From the NCBI GenBank assembly GCA_964510165.1, contig CAZEBC010000095.1:1-12566 (forward strand): a stretch of 12,566 bases of DNA, in the 5' to 3' direction. Each line of letters starts with the position of its first letter. Within the stretch, counting starts at the first letter, position 1. The position numbers were made by a program, and so were the translations under genes. This document shows positions 1 through 7,874 of this stretch, piece by piece. Origin of the DNA: an uncultured bacterium. Lineage in GTDB: Bacteria; Abyssobacteria; SURF-5. The notes under the pieces were generated by a model, which did no database searches, had not been told where the DNA came from, and saw nothing but the letters and a program-made list of their open reading frames with translations.

Positions 1-26
1 GCCGGAAGTTTCGTCGCTTTCGCCAT
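1..26 (-). CDS. 5' end of an unidentified gene downstream of rhaA (MAKATKLP...), truncated by the window edge
   Basis: ATG at 26 on the minus strand, preceded by a strong Shine-Dalgarno (AAAGGAGA, 31-38). Only 8 codons are visible, so no product can be assigned. Confidence 0.6.
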
Positions 27-39
27 GGTGTCTCCTTTC

Positions 40-94
40 AGGGGTCAGACCTTGACATTTGACACGCTTTGTCACATGTCAAGGTCTGACCCCT
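40..94. repeat. Palindromic REP-like hairpin, copy 1 (GGGGTCAGACCTTGA family); possible terminator or mRNA-stabilising stem
   Basis: Perfect 19-bp arms AGGGGTCAGACCTTGACAT (40-58) / ATGTCAAGGTCTGACCCCT (76-94), inner TGACA/TGTCA stem and a 5-nt loop. A near-identical copy lies at 1384-1436. Confidence 0.85.
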
Positions 95-1361
95 ATGAAC
101 GTTTGCTCGTGACCTCGGCCTCATATTTTCTGACTTGATCGATCCATAATTCGCGCGGAGGGACATTCATTTTGAGGCAGTAATAGTCCCAGACGGCGCC
201 GAACGGCATGCCCTTGAGTTCCTCCAGGAGCGCCAATCGGCCGAAGTTATCGCCTGTTTCCTCCAACCTGAGGAGTCTTCGCCTCGGTTCCAGGAGGGCG
301 TACAGGATTGCTTTCAGGGCAGCGCGCGCGCCGACCACCCAGGCGCCGATCCGGTTGATGCTCGCATCGAAGAAATCCAGCCCGAAATGCACGCGGTCGA
401 GCGCGCCGCTGCGGACGATTTCCTCAGCGAGGTTCCTGGTTTCGTCATTCAACGTGACAACGTGATCGCTGTCCCACCTGAGTCCCCGGGTGATGTGGAG
501 CAGTATTTCGGGAGAGAACTGCAAGATTGCCGATATCTTATCGGCAACCGATTCCGTTGGATGAAAGTGTCCCATGTCGAGACAAATCATCTTGCCCTTC
601 GTCAGAGCGTATCCCATATAAAACTCGTGGGAGCCGACGACGAAGGCCTCGCTGCCGATCCCGAACAATTTGCTTTCGAGCGCGTCTTTCATCCGTGAGG
701 GGTCGTACTCGACCGAGAAGATTTCATCGAGAGACTCCTTCAGGATTTCTCTGTGCGCCCAACGGTCAATGGGAATGTCCTTTGAGCCGTCGGGTATCCA
801 AAGGTTATGGATGCAGGGACTCGTCAGCTTGCCGCCGATAAAGTCGCTGATGTATCTGCATCTCTTGACGTGCTCGATCCAGAATTTTCGGATTTCCTTG
901 TCTTTGCTGCTGAGCGTGAAGCCGGAATCAGCCTTGGGATGCGAAAAACAGGTGGCGTTAAAATCGAGTTTCAGCCCCCGTCTCTTTGCCCAATTAATCC
1001 AGCCCGTGTAGTGTCTCGGCTCGATTTCGTTTCGGTTCACGGAGCGGCGTCCGAACTCGCCGTAGCTGGCGTGAAGGCTCAGCCGATGTTTGCCGGGAAT
1101 GAGAGAATACACCTTATCGAGGTCCATGCGCAGTTCGGCGATGGTCCCCGCCTTGCCGGGATAACTCCCCGTGACCTGGATGCCGCCGCCGTCGAGACGC
1201 GCGTCCGGCTTCTCGAAGCCGCCGACGTCGTCGCCCTGCCAGCAGTGAATCGAGAGGGAGACGCCTTCGAAAGCCTGGAGCGCCTTGTCCGTATCAACCC
1301 CAAGCTCTCCGTATCTGGTGCGGGCCATTTGGTAAGCTTTTTCAATGTTTGAGGCGGTCAT
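93..1361 (-). CDS. rhaA: L-rhamnose isomerase
   Basis: 422 aa with RhaA-type motifs SIHCWQGDDVGGFE, LDFNATCFSHP, NLWIPDGSKD, ESKLFGIGSE, VGSHEFYMGY, DMGHFHPTE, RWDSDHVV and GLDFFDASINRIGAW; adjacent to rhaB and rhaD. Confidence 0.96.
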   Translation of the reverse strand: MTASNIEKAYQMARTRYGELGVDTDKALQAFEGVSLSIHCWQGDDVGGFEKPDARLDGGGIQVTGSYPGKAGTIAELRMDLDKVYSLIPGKHRLSLHASYGEFGRRSVNRNEIEPRHYTGWINWAKRRGLKLDFNATCFSHPKADSGFTLSSKDKEIRKFWIEHVKRCRYISDFIGGKLTSPCIHNLWIPDGSKDIPIDRWAHREILKESLDEIFSVEYDPSRMKDALESKLFGIGSEAFVVGSHEFYMGYALTKGKMICLDMGHFHPTESVADKISAILQFSPEILLHITRGLRWDSDHVVTLNDETRNLAEEIVRSGALDRVHFGLDFFDASINRIGAWVVGARAALKAILYALLEPRRRLLRLEETGDNFGRLALLEELKGMPFGAVWDYYCLKMNVPPRELWIDQVRKYEAEVTSKRS

Positions 1362-1383
1362 GAGTGGGTCCCTTTGCCGAGTG

Positions 1384-1436
1384 GGGGTCAGACCTTGAAA
1401 TTTGACAAGGCGTGTCAGATTTCAAGGAGTGACCCC
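1384..1436. repeat. Palindromic REP-like hairpin, copy 2, overlapping the rhaB 3' end
   Basis: GGGGTCAGACCTTGAAATTTGACA-AGGCG-TGTCAGATTTCAAGGAGTGACCCC; same 53-bp length and architecture as 41-93. Confidence 0.85.
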
Positions 1437-2905
1437 TGTTTTCCGAGCATATCGCAAAAACGGTCATAGGCCTCATTCCATTGGGGCGTCCGGTTGGGTA
1501 TGTATGTTATCACATCGAACGACCGTCTGATAACATCACGCATCTCATCGAACGAAGGGACGCGCCCGTGCGAGAGCGCCTGCGCCATGATGTTTCCGAT
1601 AGCGGTAGCCTCGACGGGGCCTGCAATGACGGGGACGCCAGTTGCGTCCGCCGTGAATTGGCACAAGAGCTGATTCCTTGCGCCTCCGCCAATCACATGG
1701 ATTCGGTTTATTGGGAGAGGGGATATCCGCCGCAACTGGTCCAGCACAAGCCGGTACTTGAGCGCGAGGCTCTCGAGGATGCATCGCACGATTTCGCTCC
1801 AGGATGCGGGCGGCTTTTGGGCGGTCCTGTTGCAGGCTCTGCGTATTGCGTCAGGCATATCGGGCGGATTCAGGAACTCAGGCCAATCGGGATCAATCAG
1901 GGCCGGAAATGGTTTTGCGGCTTGCGCGGACTCAAGCAGTTCGTCATAGCCCAGAGCCTTTTCTCGCTCCCAAGCCCTTCGGCATTCCTGGAGCAGCCAC
2001 AGCCCTGCGATGTTCTTCAAGAACCTGAATGTTTGCCCAACGCCGCCCTCATTCGTGAAATTCAACTTCATGGATTCAGGGGTTATGATCGGGGCCTTCG
2101 TTTCGATTCCCATGAGGGACCATGTGCCGGAGCTGATGTAGGCCCAATCCTCTCCCTCCGCCGGGATCGCCGCCACAGCCGAACCTGTGTCATGCGTGGC
2201 GACCGCAATCACGGGAAGCTCGGGAATGCCAGCGTGTCGTGAGACGTCCTGGGATATTCTTCCAATGACGCACCCTGGCGGAACGATATCCTGCATCAAT
2301 GACATGGGTAATTCCAGCGCCGAAAGGAGTTCATTCTCCCAGACTCGCTTGATTGGATTATAGAGTTGCGAGGTGGTGGCGAAGGTAAACTCGGTCTTCT
2401 TTACACCGGTCAAGAGGTAGTTGAGCAGGTCGGGGATGAATAAGAGGTCGCTGGCGACCTCCAGCAGGGGAGATTTGTCGCGAACCATCGCTTCAAGTTG
2501 GAACAACGTGTTCAGCGGAAGAAACTGAATGCCCGTCAACTCATACACGCGCTCGCGGGGGACCTTCTTGAAGAAGGATTCCATCGCGCCGTCGGTTCGG
2601 CTGTCGCGGTAGGCGAACGGCAGGCCGAGTATACTGCCGTCCCGCGCGAGGAGTCCGAAATCAACTCCCCACGTGTCGATTCCGACGCTGTCGGGGACGC
2701 GCTCGCGCGCGCAAGTATGGAGGCCTTCCTTAATCCGCTCGAAGAGGTTGAAGATATTCCAGTGGAGATGCCCATGAACCGAGAGCGTGCCGTTGGGAAA
2801 GCGAGAAACCTCGCGAATGGAAAGCTTGTCATCCCGCAATTCCCCGAGGATGCCGCGTCCGCCCGACGCTCCCAAATCAAACGCAAGAAAAGCGGATGAA
2901 TTCAC
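1415..2905 (-). CDS. rhaB: Rhamnulokinase (FGGY carbohydrate kinase)
   Basis: GTG start; motifs AFDLGASGGR, GIDTWGVDFGL, YRDSRT, HDTGSAV, YISSGTWSLMG, FTNEGG, LKNIAGLW, GGGARN and GPVEATAIGN; lies between rhaD and rhaA. Confidence 0.93.
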   Translation of the reverse strand: MNSSAFLAFDLGASGGRGILGELRDDKLSIREVSRFPNGTLSVHGHLHWNIFNLFERIKEGLHTCARERVPDSVGIDTWGVDFGLLARDGSILGLPFAYRDSRTDGAMESFFKKVPRERVYELTGIQFLPLNTLFQLEAMVRDKSPLLEVASDLLFIPDLLNYLLTGVKKTEFTFATTSQLYNPIKRVWENELLSALELPMSLMQDIVPPGCVIGRISQDVSRHAGIPELPVIAVATHDTGSAVAAIPAEGEDWAYISSGTWSLMGIETKAPIITPESMKLNFTNEGGVGQTFRFLKNIAGLWLLQECRRAWEREKALGYDELLESAQAAKPFPALIDPDWPEFLNPPDMPDAIRRACNRTAQKPPASWSEIVRCILESLALKYRLVLDQLRRISPLPINRIHVIGGGARNQLLCQFTADATGVPVIAGPVEATAIGNIMAQALSHGRVPSFDEMRDVIRRSFDVITYIPNRTPQWNEAYDRFCDMLGKQGSLLEI

Positions 2906-2935
2906 TTGAGACTACTCGCCTTGATGTTTGTGGCC

Positions 2936-2978
2936 GGTTATTTGGGGACACCATGCGGCATGGTGTCCCCAAATAACC
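2936..2978. repeat. Perfect 20-bp inverted repeat (GGGGACACCA core), REP-like hairpin between rhaD and rhaB
   Basis: GGTTATTTGGGGACACCATG (2936-2955), CGG loop, CATGGTGTCCCCAAATAACC (2959-2978). Confidence 0.85.
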
Positions 2979-2994
2979 TTTGGCGCCGCTGTGT

Positions 2995-3816
2995 CTATTC
3001 TCCCAGATTGAACGCGCGCGCCAACTCATCAAGCTGCTCTTTGCTGAGGCCCGTCGGGGCATGGCCCACGTTGCGGCACTTGAGAATGACGGACGCGGCC
3101 TTATTCACGATGTCAATCAAATCGAACGCCACGGCGGGGTTTTCGGCCTTTGCGACGCATCCATGTATTTCCCACAGGACCACCGAGCACCCTCGGCGGA
3201 AGCCATCCACGGTTGCGCGCGCCAGCGATTCGGAGCCGGGCATCGCATATGGCACGAAGCCGACGCCACGCGGCAGGTTGACCTTGACTTCAGGATGCAC
3301 GCACCACAACGCACGATTGAGAGAGCCCTCGTCCCGATATTCAGGCAGATGCGTGAGGACTATCAGTTCGGTAGGGTGCGTGTGCAGGACAACCTTTTCG
3401 GCTGAGCCGCTCTCGCGGAGATACTCGTGGAGCCTCAGATGTGTGGGGAACTCGGAGGTTGGTTTGAAATTCGGGGATGAAGCGCCGCCCCAGACGATCT
3501 GATATGCCGAGCCGTTTTCAGATATCTGCAATATGCACAGGTTACCGGCGGGGTCGCGCGCGATGTCTCTAAATCTTCGTCCCGAGCCTGTGACAAGAAA
3601 ATAGCGATTCGAGAGAACGGGATAGTTGTATGGGAGCGCTCGCGGGATTGCGCGCGGACGCGCCATTACGGCATCAGAAACAAGTTCCGTGATATCGACC
3701 GACAGATTCCCTGCGTTGCGTTCGGCCCAGCCCTTTTCCCAGAGGTATCCGGAAATAAGCAATATTTCCTCACGCACAGGTTTGAGAGCAGGACATTCGG
3801 CAATCAAATCGTTCAT
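2995..3816 (-). CDS. rhaD: Rhamnulose-1-phosphate aldolase (class II aldolase)
   Basis: Motifs LWEKGWAERNAGNLS, LVTGSG, PTSEFPTH, HTHPTEL (metal-binding His), PGSESLA and WEIHG. Start placed at ATG 3816 (MNDLIAE) because of a GGGAG SD and a resulting 273 aa length typical of RhaD; 3852 is an alternative start. Confidence 0.92.
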   Translation of the reverse strand: MNDLIAECPALKPVREEILLISGYLWEKGWAERNAGNLSVDITELVSDAVMARPRAIPRALPYNYPVLSNRYFLVTGSGRRFRDIARDPAGNLCILQISENGSAYQIVWGGASSPNFKPTSEFPTHLRLHEYLRESGSAEKVVLHTHPTELIVLTHLPEYRDEGSLNRALWCVHPEVKVNLPRGVGFVPYAMPGSESLARATVDGFRRGCSVVLWEIHGCVAKAENPAVAFDLIDIVNKAASVILKCRNVGHAPTGLSKEQLDELARAFNLGE

Positions 3817-3937
3817 GGTTGCACGCTCCCACTTTGGCTTCCGAGGAGACATTATATCTTCCCGGCGTCCCCAGAATCCATTGGCGCCCGACAAATGTGG
3901 GCTTTCTTGAGCGAGGGGGCGGCCTCTTGAGAGCAAT

Positions 3938-4960
3938 TCATGTTCTCTGCGCGAACTCCTCGATGACAGCGACCGCGTTTTCGGTCGGGACCTCTGGCAT
4001 GAGCGGTTTTGCTGGAGCGAGGATGTATCCGCCGCCTTTTCCCATCTCACGGATAAGGCGTCGGATTTCGTTTCGGACCTCTTGCGGAGAGCCGAACGGG
4101 AGTGTCTGCTGGGTACCGAGGCCGCCCCACAGACGCAGGTTGTTTCCATAGCGACGCTTGATCTCATACACATCCATCGCCTCAGGCTGGAGCGATTCGA
4201 GCACATCGAGCCCCATGTCGATCATATCGGGAATGATCTCGAACACGTTGCCGCAGCAGTGCGTGATGGCCCACTTGCCGTGCTGATGGGCGCGCTCGTA
4301 AAGTCTTTGGGTACGCGGCTTGAAGAGCTTTCGCCAGCGTTCGGGGCCGATGATGACGCCGCGTTGGTCGCCCCAGTCGTCCCCGAAGAAGACGCCGTCT
4401 ATCGGGAGTTGGCAGAGTTTATCAACCATCGCGAGGTGCATCTCAAGAATTCGGTCTAGTAGTTCCTCGTAGAAGGCGGTGTTGAGCACGGTGTCCATGA
4501 GCGCGTTCTCGAAGCCGCGAAGCGTCCATGAGCGTTCCCACAGGCCGAAGTTGAGCTGGCCGAGGATGAATTTGTGAGGGTTCTCGTTGATGATGAGATC
4601 GGCGCTGCCCTTGTCAAGTGAATTGAGGACGGTCTTCTGGACCGCATCGAAATCATAACCGTAGAGGCTGGGTTCCTTCAGAGGAGAGCTGACGAGATGA
4701 AGTGGCCGCGCAGAGAAATCCCATACGCAGCCATACTCATCCCTTACGCGCCGGTCATCGAGCAATTCAGGCAGACCCATGACAGGGTAGCTTACGAGCG
4801 TCATGTGCGGCTGAATCCTTTTTTCCCATTCGCAGCTGCCATAATATTCGGTCAGCTTGTCTTCGACTTCCGGCTCGAGGATAACGTCATATGGCACGAT
4901 GTCGGTCTGCTCGAAGTTGAGGGCTGCCAGAACGCGGGCTTTAGGGGTGTAGTTGTCCAT
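3938..4960 (-). CDS. Uroporphyrinogen decarboxylase-fold protein (MtaA/CmuA-like), putative substrate:corrinoid methyltransferase
   Basis: Motifs RDEYGCVW, LRGFENALMD, GDDWGDQRG, THCCGN, LWGGLGTQQTLPFGSPQEV and GGGYILAP. ATG at 4960 follows SD AAAGGAGAGG. Confidence 0.85.
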   Translation of the reverse strand: MDNYTPKARVLAALNFEQTDIVPYDVILEPEVEDKLTEYYGSCEWEKRIQPHMTLVSYPVMGLPELLDDRRVRDEYGCVWDFSARPLHLVSSPLKEPSLYGYDFDAVQKTVLNSLDKGSADLIINENPHKFILGQLNFGLWERSWTLRGFENALMDTVLNTAFYEELLDRILEMHLAMVDKLCQLPIDGVFFGDDWGDQRGVIIGPERWRKLFKPRTQRLYERAHQHGKWAITHCCGNVFEIIPDMIDMGLDVLESLQPEAMDVYEIKRRYGNNLRLWGGLGTQQTLPFGSPQEVRNEIRRLIREMGKGGGYILAPAKPLMPEVPTENAVAVIEEFAQRT

Positions 4961-5000
4961 CTGCAACCTCTCCTTTGCTGGGAATAATAAGGTCAGCTAT

Positions 5001-6101
5001 TCACAAACTGCATCCGTTCTCCATGAACGCCTCGTAGATGACCATATGACGTTCGGGTGAAAGGTTTATGTCGTCGGGGTCGGGATAGTGACGGGCCATG
5101 AGTCCGCCATTGAATTGATTGAGGGTTCTAACCATTTCGCCGACTTCTCTCCTAATATCATCGTCGGAGGGATTCGCCGTGGTGGACCACTGGATGTCGA
5201 GGGTGTTCCAGAAGCAGATCCTTCCGCCGAATCTATCTGCGAGTTCGCGATAACCCATGAGACGCGGTTGGTCCAGTTGCGCGACGTCCACGCCGATCTC
5301 GATCATGTCCGGAATGATGTCGAGAATCTGGCCGCAGTTGTGCCATATGTAGTGCATGCCGTGTTCGTGAGCGGTCTGCACAATCCGTGCGTACCAAGGC
5401 TTGTAGAACCGCCGGAAAATCTTTGGGTTCATTTGGAGTGTCGTTTGCAAGCCCCAGTCTTCCCAAGTCATGTAGGCGTCAACTCCGCCTATTCTCGCCC
5501 ATTGCTTGATGATCGAGATTATCAGCGTGGAAAGGCGCTCCAGCAGCGCCTGCAATCCCTCGGGCTGAGTGTAGGGAGCGACCATGAGTTCCTCGAAGCC
5601 AAGCAGCGCGCGCATGCGTTCAAACATCATGACCGGGTCAAACGCGACTATGTATTTGCCGGCCTCGCGGGCCTTCTCGACGTATGGCTGGAGCCGGTCG
5701 AATCTATCGGGTGAGGCAAGGTCGGGAAACTTGCAAGCGTCGAGTTTGGAGAGGTCCCTGAGCGGATGGTCAAAGGCGTGGTCCCATGTTCTGCCCGTGA
5801 CTTCCTGTCCAACACCCCATTCATCGTAGTATCTGCTGCCTCTCGCCATTTGCTTTTTCTTCTTTTCATTTGCCAGAATCTCGACGGGGTTATCGCCCTC
5901 GGCATCGGCTGCGTCCAGAAACGGAGGCAGTGCGGCGACCTCGAAGAAATCACTTGCGAGGGGAATGAGGAAGCTGTAAGGTATGCGGGGCGGGCTGTCG
6001 AATTTGATAGCCCGCCTGACGATCTCGCGACTTGTCATGCCGGCTGGCGTCGGCGTGGGAGCGATATACAGGTCCAGTAGCTGTTGTAGCCATGGATTCA
6101 T
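5001..6101 (-). CDS. Uroporphyrinogen decarboxylase-fold protein (MtaA/CmuA-like), second paralog
   Basis: Motifs MTSREIVRRAI, YDEWGVG, LLGFEELM, WEDWGLQ, WHNCGQI and GRICFW. SD AGGAGA lies upstream of ATG 6101. Confidence 0.82.
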   Translation of the reverse strand: MNPWLQQLLDLYIAPTPTPAGMTSREIVRRAIKFDSPPRIPYSFLIPLASDFFEVAALPPFLDAADAEGDNPVEILANEKKKKQMARGSRYYDEWGVGQEVTGRTWDHAFDHPLRDLSKLDACKFPDLASPDRFDRLQPYVEKAREAGKYIVAFDPVMMFERMRALLGFEELMVAPYTQPEGLQALLERLSTLIISIIKQWARIGGVDAYMTWEDWGLQTTLQMNPKIFRRFYKPWYARIVQTAHEHGMHYIWHNCGQILDIIPDMIEIGVDVAQLDQPRLMGYRELADRFGGRICFWNTLDIQWSTTANPSDDDIRREVGEMVRTLNQFNGGLMARHYPDPDDINLSPERHMVIYEAFMENGCSL

Positions 6102-6158
6102 GAGAGGTCTCCTGGGTCAATCCATAAGCTGTTCAAGATGTGTATACGATCGCGGCCT

Positions 6159-6788
6159 TCACTCAACCTTCAGGACATCGCCGATGAAGTGTTTGATGCC
6201 CTCGTATATCCAATCCTGTCCGCGCACGTCTCCAACGAGCATGAGCCATGACAGGTGTGAGTTGATGCCATGGATGATTCTCGCCATCACGTCAGGGGAG
6301 TGTCGCGAACTGATCTTGCGGTCCTCGATAGCTTTCTTGATGTCGTCGGTCAGTTGCTTAATGAACACTTCGTCCGCCCGGCGTATCTCCGCTCTAACTT
6401 CCGGATCGTTCACCGTCGCGGCGACAGCCCAGATGAGGGCCGCGTCACGGTTGAACTCCGTCGTGTAATACTTGAACATGTCCGTGAAAATCTGGTATCG
6501 CCTGATGGGGTCTTCGTTCTCCTCGAGCACTTTTTGGGTCCAGCTCAGCAGGTCCTCCCTGCTTTTCCTGATGACCTCGAGGAACAACTCCTTCTTGCTT
6601 CTGAAGTGCATGTAAATCACTGGTTCGGTGATGCCCGCGGCTTCCGCGATTCTCGCGGTGGTTGCGCCCTGATAGTTCTCCTCAACAAACACCTTGAGGG
6701 CGGCCTCGAGGATTTCCATCCTGCGGTTTTCGGACTTGACCCGGTAAGGCTTTCGCTTGCGTTGCGAGTGTTTAGGCACGCCTGTCAT
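6159..6788 (-). CDS. TetR/AcrR family transcriptional regulator
   Basis: N-terminal HTH RRMEILEAALKVFVEENYQGATTARIAEAAGITEPVIYMHFRSKKELF; 209 aa; divergent from the methyltransferase genes. Confidence 0.93.
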   Translation of the reverse strand: MTGVPKHSQRKRKPYRVKSENRRMEILEAALKVFVEENYQGATTARIAEAAGITEPVIYMHFRSKKELFLEVIRKSREDLLSWTQKVLEENEDPIRRYQIFTDMFKYYTTEFNRDAALIWAVAATVNDPEVRAEIRRADEVFIKQLTDDIKKAIEDRKISSRHSPDVMARIIHGINSHLSWLMLVGDVRGQDWIYEGIKHFIGDVLKVE

Positions 6789-6853
6789 AGTGGTCGAATC
6801 TCCACTTGCAAGTCTTAAGTAACTACTATTATATTCGTCCCTGGTTAGTGAAT

Positions 6854-6883
6854 ACTTTAATACTTCTAGACAGCGGATGTCAA
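6854..6883 (-). promoter_or_regulatory. Putative sigma70 promoter for tetR and the leftward operon
   Basis: Minus-strand TTGACA (6878-6883), 18-bp spacer, TAAAGT (6854-6859). Confidence 0.5.
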
Positions 6884-6921
6884 GTTGCGCCGGATTTTCG
6901 GGATAGTTCCAAAAAGAGTGC

Positions 6922-6950
6922 TTGACAAACGATGCCTAGTGTGTTAGTAT
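6922..6950 (+). promoter_or_regulatory. Putative sigma70 promoter with extended -10 for the MT2-corrinoid operon
   Basis: TTGACA (6922-6927), 17-bp spacer, TAGTAT (6945-6950), with TG at 6942-6943; a GGAGG SD follows before ATG 6976. Confidence 0.7.
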
Positions 6951-6959
6951 GTGCTAACA
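6942..6959. promoter_or_regulatory. Candidate TetR operator palindrome TGTTAG-N6-CTAACA overlapping the -10 box
   Basis: TGTTAGTATGTGCTAACA; related TWAGT-N4-RCTWW sites occur at 6816-6829 and 6845-6858. Confidence 0.55.
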
Positions 6960-6975
6960 AATTTGTGGAGGCCTC

Positions 6976-7770
6976 ATGCTCATTGTCGGAGAACGCATCA
7001 ATACAAGCAGAAGAGAGGTTGCCGAGGCGACGAGGGCGCGGAACAAGGAGTTCATACTCTCTGAGGCGACGCGGCAGATGGAAGCGGGGGCGCACCTGCT
7101 TGACGTCAACGCCGGCACGTACGCCGAAGAGGAGAGGACGTATCTGCGATGGATCGTCGAGACCATCCGTTCCGAGGTTGGCGCTCCTCTGTGCCTGGAC
7201 AGCACCGACCCGCGCGTCATAGCCGATGCGCTTCAGATTTGCGGCAAGGGAGCGATGATAAACTCGATAACCGCCGAAAAGGAAAGCTACTCGGCCATGC
7301 TTCCGCTGGCGCGAGAGTATAGTTGCCGGATTGTGGCTCTCTGTCTGGACGACGGTGGGATTCCCACAGAGCTTGAGGACAAGCTTAAGGTCGGGTGCAA
7401 GCTTGTCGATTCGTTGCTTTCGGATGGTATTGCGCCGGGGGACATCTACGTCGATCCTCTCGTCATGGCTGTGAGCACCGATCAGAGGAGCGGATCCGTG
7501 GCGCTCCGGGTTATCAGGGAGATCAAGGAGAGGTATCCGGGCATTCACGCGATTTGCGGCCTCAGCAATGTGTCTTTCGGGCTGCCCGCGAGGAAGTTGC
7601 TCAACCGCGTGTTTCTTGTGGCGGCAATGGCGGCGGGGCTCGATGCCGTTATCATTGATCCACTTGACAAGCCTTTGATGGCGAATCTCATATCGGCGAA
7701 TGCGCTTCTGGGGAACGATGAGATGTGCATGGGATACATCCGCGCATACCGCGGCGGCAGGCTGGAGTGA
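6976..7770 (+). CDS. Methyltetrahydrofolate:corrinoid methyltransferase (pterin-binding, AcsE/MT2-like)
   Basis: Motifs IVGERIN, LDVNAG, LCLDSTD, MINSIT, IYVDP and GLSNVSFGLP, typical of the AcsE/MetH pterin-binding domain; 264 aa standalone, directly upstream of a corrinoid protein. Confidence 0.9.
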   Translation: MLIVGERINTSRREVAEATRARNKEFILSEATRQMEAGAHLLDVNAGTYAEEERTYLRWIVETIRSEVGAPLCLDSTDPRVIADALQICGKGAMINSITAEKESYSAMLPLAREYSCRIVALCLDDGGIPTELEDKLKVGCKLVDSLLSDGIAPGDIYVDPLVMAVSTDQRSGSVALRVIREIKERYPGIHAICGLSNVSFGLPARKLLNRVFLVAAMAAGLDAVIIDPLDKPLMANLISANALLGNDEMCMGYIRAYRGGRLE

Positions 7771-7810
7771 AGGAATTCCTGGAGACTCGCATTCGCAGAA
7801 TTGTTCGCTT

Positions 7811-7837
7811 GTAGGGCGGTTCGCGAACCGCTTCTGC
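7811..7837. repeat. GTAG-type REP-like palindrome
   Basis: GTAGGGCGGTTCGCGAACCGCTTCTGC, containing the perfect 16-bp palindrome GCGGTTCGCGAACCGC (7816-7831) after a GTAG tetranucleotide. Confidence 0.65.
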
Positions 7838-7874
7838 ATACAGGGGCGCTGTTGCCTTTAAAGGAGGAAGGAAG

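Noticed and set aside
52-82. TTGACA hexamers inside the hairpin (52-57, 59-64, and minus strand 77-82) as promoters
   Set aside because: No credible -10 box was found at 16-18 bp spacing; the hexamers are part of the repeat consensus.
40-1436. Composite transposon or CRISPR interpretation of the twin repeats
   Set aside because: There is no transposase, no evident target-site duplication and no regular repeat-spacer array; each copy is a self-contained hairpin.
3817-4206. Long N-terminal extension of the 403-aa ORF 2995..4206
   Set aside because: It overlaps the upstream URO-D gene in another frame and is Ser/Arg-rich and non-protein-like. RhaD similarity begins near 3816, which has its own SD.
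6804-6813. 10-bp palindrome ACTTGCAAGT upstream of tetR
   Set aside because: Short, single-copy and compatible with chance.
6789-6975. Cobalamin riboswitch upstream of the B12-dependent genes
   Set aside because: No B12-box-like sequence was seen, and the predicted leader is only about 20 nt.
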